Shown: positions 27,658 to 37,613 of the stretch, one piece after another
Numbering within the stretch: position 1 is the stretch's first letter
Layout of the letters: each line of letters starts with the position of its first letter
Assembly (NCBI GenBank): GCA_044345055.1
Contig: JBIJBT010000001.1
Location: 1,956-65,955, forward strand
Length of the DNA stretch: 64,000 nucleotides
Direction: 5' to 3'
Source: Bdellovibrionota bacterium
GTDB taxonomy: Bacteria > Bdellovibrionota_C > UBA2361 > OMIW01
Translations under genes and position numbers: made by a program
Notes under the pieces: model-generated
Database searches by the model: none
Told to the model about the DNA's origin: nothing
Seen by the model: only the letters and a program-made list of their open reading frames with translations

Positions 27658-28617
27658 CTATCCTCGGCGCAGATCATCAACTATATAGAGTGGTCGTCCC
27701 TTAACTTCCTCATATATTCGTCCAATATACTCGCCGATTATGCCGAGGATAATTACCTGTAGGCCGAAGAAAAAAGAGATAAGAACGACTATGGCGGTAA
27801 AACCTTTCGGGGAAGTTCCGAGGAAAATGCGCTCTAGAATTGCATAAAATGCATACAAACTTGATGATACCGTTGCAAAAAAACCAACCACCGTTGCAGC
27901 TCGAATTGGTGTCGTTGAAAATGAAAACACTCCATCAGCTGCGAGTTTTATCAATTTATACCAAGAGTATTTGCTCTCGCCGTGTTTTCGAGCGTCGCGA
28001 GGAAGGGCGATTCCTTTTTGACGGAAACCAATCCAGGCGCGAAGCCCCCTTATAAATCGGCGGTGTTCACGATTGGCGCGAAGCTGTTCAACGACTCGCC
28101 GGGTCATTATCGAGAAATCTCCCGCATCGAGAGGGATTTCGGTATCAGAAAGAGAGCGAAGGAGCCGATAAAAGGTTGCGTAACAGAGCCGCAAAAGAGG
28201 TGATTCTTTTCGGTCCTGTCGCTGGACAAATACAACATCAAAACCGTTTTTAGCCTCTGCAAAAAGAAGTGGAATAGCCTCGGGAGGATCTTGAAGATCT
28301 CCATCAATCACTGCGATGTAGTCCCCTTCGCAATGGTCGAGTGCTGCTGTAACCGCGGCCTGATGGCCAAAGTTGCGGGAGAGAGCAAGCAAGCAGAATC
28401 GACTATCGCCCTTTATTAATTGATGGACCGATTGTTTGGTATTATCAGAGCTTCCATCATCAACGAGAATTACCTCGTGGCCTGTTCCTTCAAGCCCGTC
28501 GAGAACCGCGCGAAGGCGATTAATCAGCTCGGGCACACCAGCTTCCTCGTTAAAGAGCGGGACCGCAATCGAGAGTCGTGCACCGATCGTTTCGCTACTC
28601 ACTGTCTCGCAACTCAC
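27658..28617 (-). CDS. GT2 polyprenyl-phosphate sugar synthase (ArnC / GtrB / Ppm1-like)
   Basis: LSIAVPLFNEEAGVPELINRL...EVILVDDGSSDNT...IDGDLQDPPE (DXD). Two C-terminal TM helices, as in ArnC/GtrB. Start overlaps the stop of the upstream small ORF (ATGA). Confidence 0.8.
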   Translation of the reverse strand: MSCETVSSETIGARLSIAVPLFNEEAGVPELINRLRAVLDGLEGTGHEVILVDDGSSDNTKQSVHQLIKGDSRFCLLALSRNFGHQAAVTAALDHCEGDYIAVIDGDLQDPPEAIPLLFAEAKNGFDVVFVQRQDRKESPLLRLCYATFYRLLRSLSDTEIPLDAGDFSIMTRRVVEQLRANREHRRFIRGLRAWIGFRQKGIALPRDARKHGESKYSWYKLIKLAADGVFSFSTTPIRAATVVGFFATVSSSLYAFYAILERIFLGTSPKGFTAIVVLISFFFGLQVIILGIIGEYIGRIYEEVKGRPLYIVDDLRRG

Positions 28618-28865
28618 CGTTTCGCCTCAGCCATGAAAAATCGCCACAGTGGAAGTGGCCCGATTCCGACATCGTATCGCTGAAATAGTTGTGGATGAAT
28701 TGTTTCGTCGAGGAGCGCTCGCCACTCTTGCTCGGGGCGCGGAAACTCACCACGATCAGCTTTTGCGAGGAAATGGGCAACTTTCTGCTTTACGGCGGGA
28801 CACTGCCACAACGCATAAGGAACTGGATTTTCCAAAAGCTGCTCACGAGGGAACTTTAACGCCAT
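28614..28865 (-). CDS. Small hypothetical protein (83 aa), translationally coupled on both sides within the glycosylation operon
   Basis: ORF overlaps the upstream gene by 10 nt and the downstream gene by 4 nt. Not hydrophobic, so not a GtrA-type flippase. Confidence 0.4.
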   Translation of the reverse strand: MALKFPREQLLENPVPYALWQCPAVKQKVAHFLAKADRGEFPRPEQEWRALLDETIHPQLFQRYDVGIGPLPLWRFFMAEAKR

Positions 28866-30688
28866 AATACCACCATTTCATGCCCCGTTACGCGGTTAGG
28901 AAAACGTTCGCGGAGAATCGTGTCTAAGTATGCTGCTCCTGGATCTTCAAGAGTTGCAATCCACGTTACAACGGCCCGCACCCGATCGTCTTTAATCGGC
29001 GTTATCAGGTCGGCTTCAGCACGTCCCGGTGAACCGAGTAACTCGTATAGAATAGGAGTAATGTTTTTCTTTTCGGCAAGGAAATATATGTGAGGCTGCT
29101 CGGGAAACGCCACGACAGCACCGTTTCCTGCCCTTTTCTGTACCTCGGGAATGAGCCAATGGTATCGATCAAAATCTTCCCTTGATACTAGAATCGAAGC
29201 ACCTTTCATTGCAAGGGGAATGTGAAGGTCTCTGCCGGGTTCGCGAAGAGGCAGAAGAGGCGTTATACGCGGAAGCACCCCAAGCATCATAGCGACCGTC
29301 GCCGAGCCCCACTGGATTATTGCGATAGGACGGGTGCCCCATAAGGTATCTCTAGAAATTGCCGCTATCGTGACGAGTATCGGGATTACTGAGTACAGAA
29401 GGTAGCCAGAACCCGTGTAAGGGTATTGATTTAGATTCCAAAACGCTGCCCAGCAACAAATTGCAAAGAGGTATGCCCGTTCGTGGGGTTGTCGATTAGG
29501 TTGATTTCTGAGGTCAAGGACAATCCAGCAAGCCCGAGCTATAATCCACGGAATTATCCCGAGCATTAGAGGCCACAAGATTTTTGGATAGGTTGAGAAT
29601 TGTTCTTCCCCCCATCTTGGTTCGATGCTCACGAGTGCAATCATCACTATCCCGAGGATAATCGAGATTATCTTGATATCACGACGCGAAAATCTTCGTA
29701 TGAAAAAAATAAGTGGTAGAAAGATCAGAATAAGATCTGGTGGAGAAACAGCTGCGGTCGAAAATCTGGCCTGAGGTGATACAAAAACACCATACAACCA
29801 AAGCCGAATATCCCCATATATCCCAAAATAGAGCAAAAAAGGGACCCACACGAGTACAAAACCAAGCAGAAGGGGGAGTACTTTCTTGCACAATATCTTT
29901 ATGGAGGGTGCGCCGTGTCGGTACCACCAAAAAGCCGAAGCTCCGCATACTGAGATAACGGGGAGAAAAAATAGGTAAATAGTGCCTAGTGATAATCTGG
30001 GGGAAATGAGTAATCCGATTCCTGCAATTCCTGCAATCGCAGCTAAAGAAAGTGCCCAAAAAGAGAGCGATTGGGTTGGATTTGAAGGATCATGTCTTTC
30101 TGCTGGTTGAAATATTATTGATGTTGCAAACAATACCGAAAGCACGGCTCCATAGGTAAAAAAAAGTGCGTTTATCTTTATCTCTGTTGCTATACCCAGA
30201 AGGACGCCAGCACCAAATAATAGGAACGCTCGGTCTGTTTGTATCCACCGCACGATAAGAAAAAAAGCAGCTCCAGAGGTAAAGAGAAGATACCAAGAGG
30301 GAAGTGCGACGAAATAGTTAGGAACTGTGGCCATTAGGGAGCCTGCTGTTGCCCAGGCTGCCGAAGGTGGAGAGAGGAAGAGTAAGAATAGTCGATAGAG
30401 ACAAAACGTAAAAACGACGCACGCAGCAAAGAGCGGCCATCGAAGGTAAATTAGATCAACCCCAAAAATCCGAAAAATGGCAGCGTTACCGAGAGTGAGT
30501 AATCCTGTGTAGGGATCAACAAAATCTCGATGGGGAATCTCTCCCTGCAAAACTCGGAGGGCTGTTTGGCCGAGCATTCCATCGTCCCACGGCAACCACC
30601 CGACACCGAGAAAAAGACTAATAAAAAGAAGAGCCATACCTAATGGCAGCCAGATTGAGAGCCGTGAAAGGGTTGAAGTAGGTGTCAT
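28856..30688 (-). CDS. GT-C fold membrane glycosyltransferase, ArnT / PMT-like (GT83/GT39 type)
   Basis: 610 aa, >10 predicted TM helices. The first periplasmic loop after TM1 carries WLPWDDGMLGQTALRVLQGEIP, matching the DE/DD...(Y/H)AEI..(E/R)ML motif of ArnT/PMT enzymes. Large C-terminal soluble domain. 4-nt overlap with the upstream gene. Confidence 0.6.
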   Translation of the reverse strand: MTPTSTLSRLSIWLPLGMALLFISLFLGVGWLPWDDGMLGQTALRVLQGEIPHRDFVDPYTGLLTLGNAAIFRIFGVDLIYLRWPLFAACVVFTFCLYRLFLLFLSPPSAAWATAGSLMATVPNYFVALPSWYLLFTSGAAFFLIVRWIQTDRAFLLFGAGVLLGIATEIKINALFFTYGAVLSVLFATSIIFQPAERHDPSNPTQSLSFWALSLAAIAGIAGIGLLISPRLSLGTIYLFFLPVISVCGASAFWWYRHGAPSIKILCKKVLPLLLGFVLVWVPFLLYFGIYGDIRLWLYGVFVSPQARFSTAAVSPPDLILIFLPLIFFIRRFSRRDIKIISIILGIVMIALVSIEPRWGEEQFSTYPKILWPLMLGIIPWIIARACWIVLDLRNQPNRQPHERAYLFAICCWAAFWNLNQYPYTGSGYLLYSVIPILVTIAAISRDTLWGTRPIAIIQWGSATVAMMLGVLPRITPLLPLREPGRDLHIPLAMKGASILVSREDFDRYHWLIPEVQKRAGNGAVVAFPEQPHIYFLAEKKNITPILYELLGSPGRAEADLITPIKDDRVRAVVTWIATLEDPGAAYLDTILRERFPNRVTGHEMVVLWR

Positions 30689-31968
30689 AGAAAAGTGGTG
30701 CTCCCGGAGGATGGGGAATATCCTTTTGTGCTGTTACGGTGTGCCGAGGTGACCATCGCCCACAACGCCAAAAATCCTAACACTCCTACCTTAATCACAA
30801 AACCGATCACCATCGGCTCCATCTTTAAGAGGGCCACCTCAAGAATGCCAAAGATTGCAAAAGGCATCCATCGGCTGTATCGAATATCTGGATTGATCGC
30901 TGCAGTGAGGGGGAGAAATATTAATATCTGATCATAAAAACCAACGTACGGCGAAAAACAGAGATATACGCCACACACCAAAGACGCAGTCGCCACAAGA
31001 CGCGCACGGGGTGCCATCTTTGAGCCTCTCCAAAATAGCAGCGCGTAGAGAAAACCTCCAATTCCGACTGCAGCTGAGTTGATCAGAAATCGCACATTGT
31101 CATCTAAATGGTGAGCTGAAATTGTAAGCCAGGTGGGGGTGTCTGATCCAAAACCATCCCATAAAAAACCATCTGAACCGATCTGGCCTGATGAATAGCG
31201 GCGAAGGGTTGCGATGAAATCGAGAATAACTCTGTTATGTCCGAAGGGATCAACGAGTATCCCTCCGCCAACGGACAATATTATGCCAATCGAGAGTGCT
31301 CGCCACCGTCGTTCCATGAAAAGAAGCGCAGCGCCGATCGCAAAGTAGTGTAATTTAAGGGAGAGGGTAAAAAGAAGAACTCCATCGATTAGTGGATCTA
31401 TTTTATTTTGTTTTCCTCCAATAAGCCGCTGTAATATCCATCCGCTAACCGCGAGTGCGAAAATACTTGCCTGACCAAGATGTAAACAGGTAAGTCCGGC
31501 GTGCGAAAAGATAGTCCCGAATGTTCCAAATAATAAACAATCACGGGAAAGGGGACCGGCAGAGCGAATCTGCATCCAAATTCTTTGCAAAAGGGTAAGT
31601 ATCGCTCCGAGCGATATCCCAAGCCAAGTTGAGAACGCAAGACTCATCGAGATACGAACCGGAATAAGAAGAGGTGCCCAGATAAGGAGAACCGTCGGCG
31701 AAAAAGCGTTCGGCATAACAGTCGCACCTTGCGATACCTCCATTCCCACAACCTGCTCGAACGCTAGCGTTATCGCCTCTCGACTCGCGATTCCCGGAGC
31801 GCCGTGCCACCAATACGCCACCACCGTCGAGAAAACCATGATAAAATCTCTCACCTTTGATACCCCTTCCTCAACCTCAAAAAGAGGCGGCCGCCCCCAT
31901 GGAGTGATAAATAGCGCAAGGGTGAGGATGAGGCTGGAGGTGAAAAAGAGGGTGAGGGGGTGTTTCAT
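30685..31968 (-). CDS. Polytopic integral membrane protein, possible second GT-C-type glycosyltransferase (DUF2029/GT87-like), first gene of the operon
   Basis: 427 aa, ~10 hydrophobic segments. Family assignment is a guess from size and topology only. Confidence 0.45.
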   Translation of the reverse strand: MKHPLTLFFTSSLILTLALFITPWGRPPLFEVEEGVSKVRDFIMVFSTVVAYWWHGAPGIASREAITLAFEQVVGMEVSQGATVMPNAFSPTVLLIWAPLLIPVRISMSLAFSTWLGISLGAILTLLQRIWMQIRSAGPLSRDCLLFGTFGTIFSHAGLTCLHLGQASIFALAVSGWILQRLIGGKQNKIDPLIDGVLLFTLSLKLHYFAIGAALLFMERRWRALSIGIILSVGGGILVDPFGHNRVILDFIATLRRYSSGQIGSDGFLWDGFGSDTPTWLTISAHHLDDNVRFLINSAAVGIGGFLYALLFWRGSKMAPRARLVATASLVCGVYLCFSPYVGFYDQILIFLPLTAAINPDIRYSRWMPFAIFGILEVALLKMEPMVIGFVIKVGVLGFLALWAMVTSAHRNSTKGYSPSSGSTTFL

Positions 31969-32238
31969 CGGTTTGGGAAGTGTAAATGGCCCCAGTTTGC
32001 CAATTTAAAGGAGAAATTTACCTAAAATAGAGGGACTATGAGGTTCGATTTTGCAACGTTTTTTTCAGAGAGTCGAGCTGATAAATATTGAGGGAAATTA
32101 GGTCGATATTTCGGTTGTTATATCGGGTAAACTGAAAGCCGTTACAATCTATAATAACAGAGACACGTTTTTTCCGAAATGAAAGCTCAATAATCCCGTT
32201 TCTTGGTGTAATTGTTCTTTTATTTGCGGTCCCTCTCT

Positions 32239-33435
32239 TCACTCCACCTCAACCACCACAAACCGCAAATACTGCAGGTCTTCACACGCCAATGGATAGG
32301 GGTGGTCGGGTGGTTGGGTGTTTATTGCGAGAGTACGGGCGCGGCGCCGGGCCAGCGATATAGAACGTCGAATTGTGGTTTCGAAGGCAGGAATTGTGAT
32401 TTTGCTCGAGCAGGAGGCAAAAGCGATGATGGCGTGGGGTGCTGCGACAAGAGCGGCTGCGGTAAATAGTCGTTCATAGGCAGCAAGGGCTGCTTCGACC
32501 TGTGCTGATTGATGAACAAACGACGGGGGATCGACGATGATAAGATCCCACTGTTGACGGGCTTCTTTTGCGTTTGCGAGAAAATCAAATACATCTGCTA
32601 CGTGGCCGTTGTGAAGAGCTGGAGGAAGATCATTGAGCTTCCAATTGCGCTCTGCAAGAGCGATGGCGGGCGCAGCTATATCGACCGTGTCGACCGAGTG
32701 TGCACCGGAGCGACCTGCGTAAATTGAGAATCCGCCGGTATAGCCAAACAGGTTAAGAACTCGCCGACCAGTTGAAAGTTGGCCGACCATCGCTCTATTT
32801 TCTCGCTGATCAATGAAAAATCCCGTCTTTTGGCCGGTGACCACATTAACTATAAATTTATGTCCTCGTTCGAGAATAGTGACCTCAGGTGAGGTTGGCG
32901 ATCCGACGAGTAGGCGAGCGGGTTCTTTTTTATCGGACTCTCGGTTGCGGAGATAGACAGTATCGATCGAGCGGTGCTTGGTGAGCCAAGAAGCGATCGC
33001 TTCCGCATTCCAAAATGCAGCTGGACCAGCACCATCAGTTTTTATCACTGTCGTAGAACCGTATTGATCGATAACCAGCCCTGGCAGATAGTCTCCTTCG
33101 CCATTGATTAGTCGGAATGCGGTGGTGTCAGCAGGGATAATCGCTCGTCTAAGATCCTCTGCGCGCCGAAGACGAGCTATGATGACATCATCATTAAATG
33201 GGGGCTTTTCAACGCTTAAAACTCGAAATGCGAGGTGAGATTGAGGGTCGCAAAATCCTTTCGCGAGGATATTTCCTTTGCCATCTTTGAGGAGCGCAAA
33301 ATCCCCCGTCCTTGCGTGAGGGGGAATAGTTACTGCAGGGGCATATATCCATGGAAACCCACTCTGGAGCGCCCAACGAAGGTCGTGGTTGAGGATTAGG
33401 TGGATTGGTTTGGGTGGGGGTGTGAAGAATGTCAT
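32239..33435 (-). CDS. rlmI: 23S rRNA (cytosine1962-C5)-methyltransferase RlmI
   Basis: N-terminal PUA-like region (GFPWIYAPAV...GDFALLKDGKGNILAKGFCDP) then SAM MTase (VLNLFGYTGGFS...DTVDIAAPAIALAE...DLIIVDPPSF). Confidence 0.8.
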   Translation of the reverse strand: MTFFTPPPKPIHLILNHDLRWALQSGFPWIYAPAVTIPPHARTGDFALLKDGKGNILAKGFCDPQSHLAFRVLSVEKPPFNDDVIIARLRRAEDLRRAIIPADTTAFRLINGEGDYLPGLVIDQYGSTTVIKTDGAGPAAFWNAEAIASWLTKHRSIDTVYLRNRESDKKEPARLLVGSPTSPEVTILERGHKFIVNVVTGQKTGFFIDQRENRAMVGQLSTGRRVLNLFGYTGGFSIYAGRSGAHSVDTVDIAAPAIALAERNWKLNDLPPALHNGHVADVFDFLANAKEARQQWDLIIVDPPSFVHQSAQVEAALAAYERLFTAAALVAAPHAIIAFASCSSKITIPAFETTIRRSISLARRRARTLAINTQPPDHPYPLACEDLQYLRFVVVEVE

Positions 33436-33516
33436 GCTCTGTAATTTCCCTTCGCTCGCCTGAAGATTGGCAGATACGCAAGGGTACCCGATTGCGATAC
33501 TTCTGCCTATGGTGAG

Positions 33517-36438
33517 CTATTTTCCCCTAATCTTGCCTCTCCACCACTTCCAAACCCCATCAATTAAGATCAAAACTATCGGCGATGCCAGCAGCCAAAG
33601 CCAGACCGTAGATGAAAGAGGGGCGTTTTTGAATAGTTGGAAGCCTACGGGAGAATAGCCGATAAGGAGGAGGATGAGAGCCTCCATCCCGAGCCCTCCC
33701 CAAAGAAGCCAGTTCGTTGGAGGATATTGGTGCCAGGTAGCGAGACTGTCTGAGCGACATGCAAATACATTGCCCATTTGACAGCCGATAATGGTGAGAA
33801 AGGTTGCAGCGGTTGCTGTTGCATAGAGAGAGGTTATCTCGGGTGATGCTGTTCCTCGGATGATGCTTGGGGTTGCTGCACGCATCTCTTCGAGAGAAAA
33901 ACCGGCCGAAAACCAAACTAGAAAAAAAGCACCCATCGCAGCGACTGATTCTACAACACCGAGTAGGCCGTACGCTCTGCCGACAAGGGGCCAGTTTAAG
34001 AGACGCTCGTCCGGAGCAATCGGCGGACGCTGCATTGTATCGTTAGCTGGTCTCTCCATACCCAGCGCAACAGCTGGCGCTAAATCGGTGCCAAGATCAA
34101 CGAGTAGGATCTGAATAATCGTGAGGGCCGGAGGGATGCCGAGTGCGGCCATGCAGACGAAAGGAACAAGCTCGGGTATATTTGATGCAAGGATGTAGGT
34201 CAAAAAACGCCGAATATTGTCGAATGTTGCACGACCCTGTTCGATTGCCGATACGATCGTAGCAAAATTGTCATCAAGAAGAACGACATCTGCGACCTCA
34301 CGAGCAACATCAGTTCCCCGTTGACCCATCGCAAAACCGACATGCGCCGCTTTCAGGGCGGGCGCATCGTTGACGCCATCTCCCGTTACGGCGACTACAT
34401 GTCCGAGATCGCGGAACGCTCTTACAAGACGAAGTTTTTGTTCAGGATCCATTCGAGCAAAGATAGCAGTCCGTCCGGTATGCAGAACATTTCGGAGCTG
34501 ACTATCGGTCATCGAAGCGACCTCGTCGCCGGTAATTGGTCTACTCTCAATGCCGTGAAGTCCGATCATCTCCCCGATTGCACGAGCTGTTGCGCCGTGG
34601 TCACCTGTGATCATACAAACCGATATTCCTGCGGTGCGACACTTTGCGATGGCGGCGGGGACTTCGGGTCGGATTGGGTCAAAAAGGGCTATAAAACCAA
34701 GAAGGATTAGATCTCGCTCAAGATCATCACGTGATGTGGTCGCTGGTGTAATCGCTGCCGCTGGCTCAATCGAACGGAGCGCTACTGCGAGCACCCGAAA
34801 TCCCTCCCGAGCGATCGTGTTGTATCGTGATTGAAGCTCACCTCGTAGCTCTGCTGATATCGGTATCACTGAGCCATTTGAAAAGAGATTGGTGGAGCGA
34901 TGAAGTAGGGCATCGGGTGCTCCTTTTGTGATTAGGATCGAGCGGCTTTTGGAGATTCGAGTGAGGGGGGATTCATCGATATTTTCTCCGCTGTGATCAA
35001 TGATGACACTCATAACTCGACGGTGCGAATCGAAAGAAATCTCTTGAATGATGGAAAAGTTGGCGGAATATTCCTGAGGAGATAATCCTCTTTGTAAGGC
35101 AGCCTCTCTGATGGCAGTTTCGGTTGGATCGGTCGTCGCGGAAGATCCCCCTAAAGCTTCAGATATTAGCGCTGAAGCTTTATCTCCGGAGCCAATCCGA
35201 TGGTGACAACAGAGCGCTGATGCGGTGAGAACTGTTCGGGCTGAGAGAGAAAGAGGAGGGTACGAGTGCTCGGTTTGGTCTCCGCAAACGAGCCTCTCCT
35301 CTGCGCCATCAACGGTCCATACTTTCTGCACAGTCATACTATTGAGTGTGAGTGTGCCGGTTTTGTCGGTGCAAAGTACCGAGACGGCGCTGAGTCCCTC
35401 GATAGCGGACAATTTTCGGACGAGGGCGTTGCAGCGAGCCATTCGTTGCACCCCGAGTGCGAGAGCGACACTCACAGTTGGAAGTAATCCCTCCGGCACA
35501 TTTGCAACAAGGATACCGATTCCGAGTAAGAGACTGTCGAGTGGATGAAGCCCCATGACTCCATAGGCGACGAGAAATACGGCTGCTCCCATTGAGCACG
35601 CGAGGATCGTTATCACCTGTACGATGTGACTTGTTTCAACCTCCAATCGATTTGGGGCTTTTTCAGCGGCGGTCGCTAATCGGGCAAGGTGGCCAAACTC
35701 GGTGTGGGGCCCGGTTGCGTAGGCGATAGCTCGAGCGGTACCAGAGAGGACAGTTGTGCCCGCGAGGACTATCGTCGTGATGTCGCCCACACGTTGTCTG
35801 GGAATATTATTAGCGGGGTCCCCACCCTCCTCAGCCGGAAGAGCGAGCGCCTCTCGAACAACTGGAACAGACTCTCCGGTAATCGCTGACATCTCAACGA
35901 GGAGTCCCTCAGTCCCGATAAGTCGCGCGTCGGCTGGGATCTTATCGCCCGCTTCAAGTTCAATAAGATCGCCTACTACAATCTCCCGAGCGGGTATTGT
36001 AACAAGAGCTCCATCTCGATACACCTTTGCCTTAAGAGGGAGCAGCTCTGTTAAAACCGTTAAGGCTCGCTCGGCGCGATATTCCTGCGCGAAGCTAAAA
36101 AGAGCATTGATAAGCACCACCGACCAAATTGCAAATCCAATTAGGGGAGTGCCCGCAACACACGCAAGCACTCCCGCAATCCAGAGAAGGAGCGCCATGA
36201 AGTGGGTGAGCTGATTGATGAAGCGCAGAATAAGGCGAGGGCGCGGAGGAGGGGGAAATTCATTTGGTCCAAACTTACTCAGCCTTCGCTTAGCCTCGGG
36301 GGTGTTAAGACCGTTTGATTCGTCACCAGGCACCTGAATAGCTGCGCTGTGGGGCTGCTGCCAGACCGGAAAAACAGTCTTCATATTGCCCTCACTGTCG
36401 TTATAGAGGAATCGTACTGCTGGTCTCAAAGTCAGCAA
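33517..36438 (-). CDS. P-type cation-transporting ATPase (type II; Ca2+/Mg2+/Na+,K+-like)
   Basis: 973 aa. Phosphorylation motif CTDKTGTLT. Also TGES, MITGDHGATARAIG and VTGDGVNDAPALKAAHVGFAMG. Ten TM helices. Confidence 0.85.
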   Translation of the reverse strand: MLTLRPAVRFLYNDSEGNMKTVFPVWQQPHSAAIQVPGDESNGLNTPEAKRRLSKFGPNEFPPPPRPRLILRFINQLTHFMALLLWIAGVLACVAGTPLIGFAIWSVVLINALFSFAQEYRAERALTVLTELLPLKAKVYRDGALVTIPAREIVVGDLIELEAGDKIPADARLIGTEGLLVEMSAITGESVPVVREALALPAEEGGDPANNIPRQRVGDITTIVLAGTTVLSGTARAIAYATGPHTEFGHLARLATAAEKAPNRLEVETSHIVQVITILACSMGAAVFLVAYGVMGLHPLDSLLLGIGILVANVPEGLLPTVSVALALGVQRMARCNALVRKLSAIEGLSAVSVLCTDKTGTLTLNSMTVQKVWTVDGAEERLVCGDQTEHSYPPLSLSARTVLTASALCCHHRIGSGDKASALISEALGGSSATTDPTETAIREAALQRGLSPQEYSANFSIIQEISFDSHRRVMSVIIDHSGENIDESPLTRISKSRSILITKGAPDALLHRSTNLFSNGSVIPISAELRGELQSRYNTIAREGFRVLAVALRSIEPAAAITPATTSRDDLERDLILLGFIALFDPIRPEVPAAIAKCRTAGISVCMITGDHGATARAIGEMIGLHGIESRPITGDEVASMTDSQLRNVLHTGRTAIFARMDPEQKLRLVRAFRDLGHVVAVTGDGVNDAPALKAAHVGFAMGQRGTDVAREVADVVLLDDNFATIVSAIEQGRATFDNIRRFLTYILASNIPELVPFVCMAALGIPPALTIIQILLVDLGTDLAPAVALGMERPANDTMQRPPIAPDERLLNWPLVGRAYGLLGVVESVAAMGAFFLVWFSAGFSLEEMRAATPSIIRGTASPEITSLYATATAATFLTIIGCQMGNVFACRSDSLATWHQYPPTNWLLWGGLGMEALILLLIGYSPVGFQLFKNAPLSSTVWLWLLASPIVLILIDGVWKWWRGKIRGK

Positions 36439-36571
36439 AGTGGAGAAAATTTGACGACCTTATTAAACCGCTCCATACACCGGACCGGTTCAGTGCCTTG
36501 CCCCATCACACGGTAAAGCGTTATCATTTGAGCGGTACTTTGGCTTTCAATCTTTCGAACACCTGGGGAAC

Positions 36572-37552
36572 ATGTTTGGCGAGCTCTCAATTTTTGATGT
36601 CTCTCAAGGGACCGCAGGTCTTATCGCTCGTATTGATGGTGGCGACGCTATAGTTGGAAGAAGCTCTGATGCCCGCGTTCCTCTTGTAGGCGACGCTATT
36701 TCGTTTGAGCATGGGATCCTCTCGAAAAAAGCTGACTTTTGGTTTTTTAAAGATCTCAGGAGCACTAATGGAAGCTGGATTAACGGTAATCAGCTGAGGG
36801 CGGACCATTGGTATTCGGTCCGTGGAGGAGATGTACTTCAGGTCGGGGACGCGATAGTGCGGCTCGAGGAACATGGGCGTGTCGGTCCTTTTGTGGAGGC
36901 CTGTTTGTTGGTGTTGGAAAAAGGGGAATTCCTTCGCGAATTCTCGATTCCGAACGAGGGAGTTGCGGCCTCGGTGGGTGGATTGCGCGGAGACCTACCT
37001 CTCCCCTCGGCAGCATCGTCTCGGGCATCACTAGTCTTTGATGTTCGTCACGGTTGCTTATCCGCCAAAGGAGAATCGGGATTGCTCGTCGGTAAGAAGA
37101 ACGGTGAAGAGGTAGTTTTGCCGGTCGAGCTTTTTGATCGAGATGAAATAGCAATCGGCGATTATCAGATTTTCGTTCAGTTACCTCATCAAGGTGGGGA
37201 TCAAGGGAAAAACGGGTCTCGGTTATCTAAGGATACATGGGATGTCTCGGATCGGACCACTTCCGACGGCAGTTCGTGGGTGCAGAGGCCCCGTTTTGGA
37301 GATATGGCTTCAGGCAGGGAACGGGATGGTGAACTTCTTGGAACAGATGGTGCGGAGCTAGCGGCTCGGTTTATCGGAACCAGTGCCGGGGGCGAGGGTC
37401 GACCTCTTGCTCAGGACTCTCTCGCATTTCTTCCTCCACCTCCTCCTCGTCCGGGGCCATTTTTGAATACGAGTGAGGGGCGATGGATTGCTGCTGCACT
37501 TATAGTTCTTTTCGTGTCCGCTCTCTTAATTTCAGTACTCCTTTTTAATTAA
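36572..37552 (+). CDS. FHA-domain protein with Pro-rich linker and C-terminal transmembrane anchor
   Basis: FHA signature IVGRSSDARVPLVGDAISFEHGILSKKADFWFFKDLRSTNGSWINGNQL...GDVLQVGDAIVRL. A second degenerate FHA-like segment. PPPPPRPGPF. Terminal WIAAALIVLFVSALLISVLLF. Confidence 0.75.
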   Translation: MFGELSIFDVSQGTAGLIARIDGGDAIVGRSSDARVPLVGDAISFEHGILSKKADFWFFKDLRSTNGSWINGNQLRADHWYSVRGGDVLQVGDAIVRLEEHGRVGPFVEACLLVLEKGEFLREFSIPNEGVAASVGGLRGDLPLPSAASSRASLVFDVRHGCLSAKGESGLLVGKKNGEEVVLPVELFDRDEIAIGDYQIFVQLPHQGGDQGKNGSRLSKDTWDVSDRTTSDGSSWVQRPRFGDMASGRERDGELLGTDGAELAARFIGTSAGGEGRPLAQDSLAFLPPPPPRPGPFLNTSEGRWIAAALIVLFVSALLISVLLFN

Positions 37553-37613
37553 CACGATTTTTTTTGTACCCCCATCTTGGACGGGCCAGGGTAAACACTC
37601 TTCGGAGGATGCT

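Noticed and set aside
33560-36214. Multiple 60-150-aa ORFs on both strands inside the P-type ATPase gene (e.g. 34321-34710, 35756-36214, 33560-33916)
   Set aside because: They are all internal to or antisense of a 973-aa ORF with complete P-type ATPase motifs. Typical GC-rich shadow ORFs.
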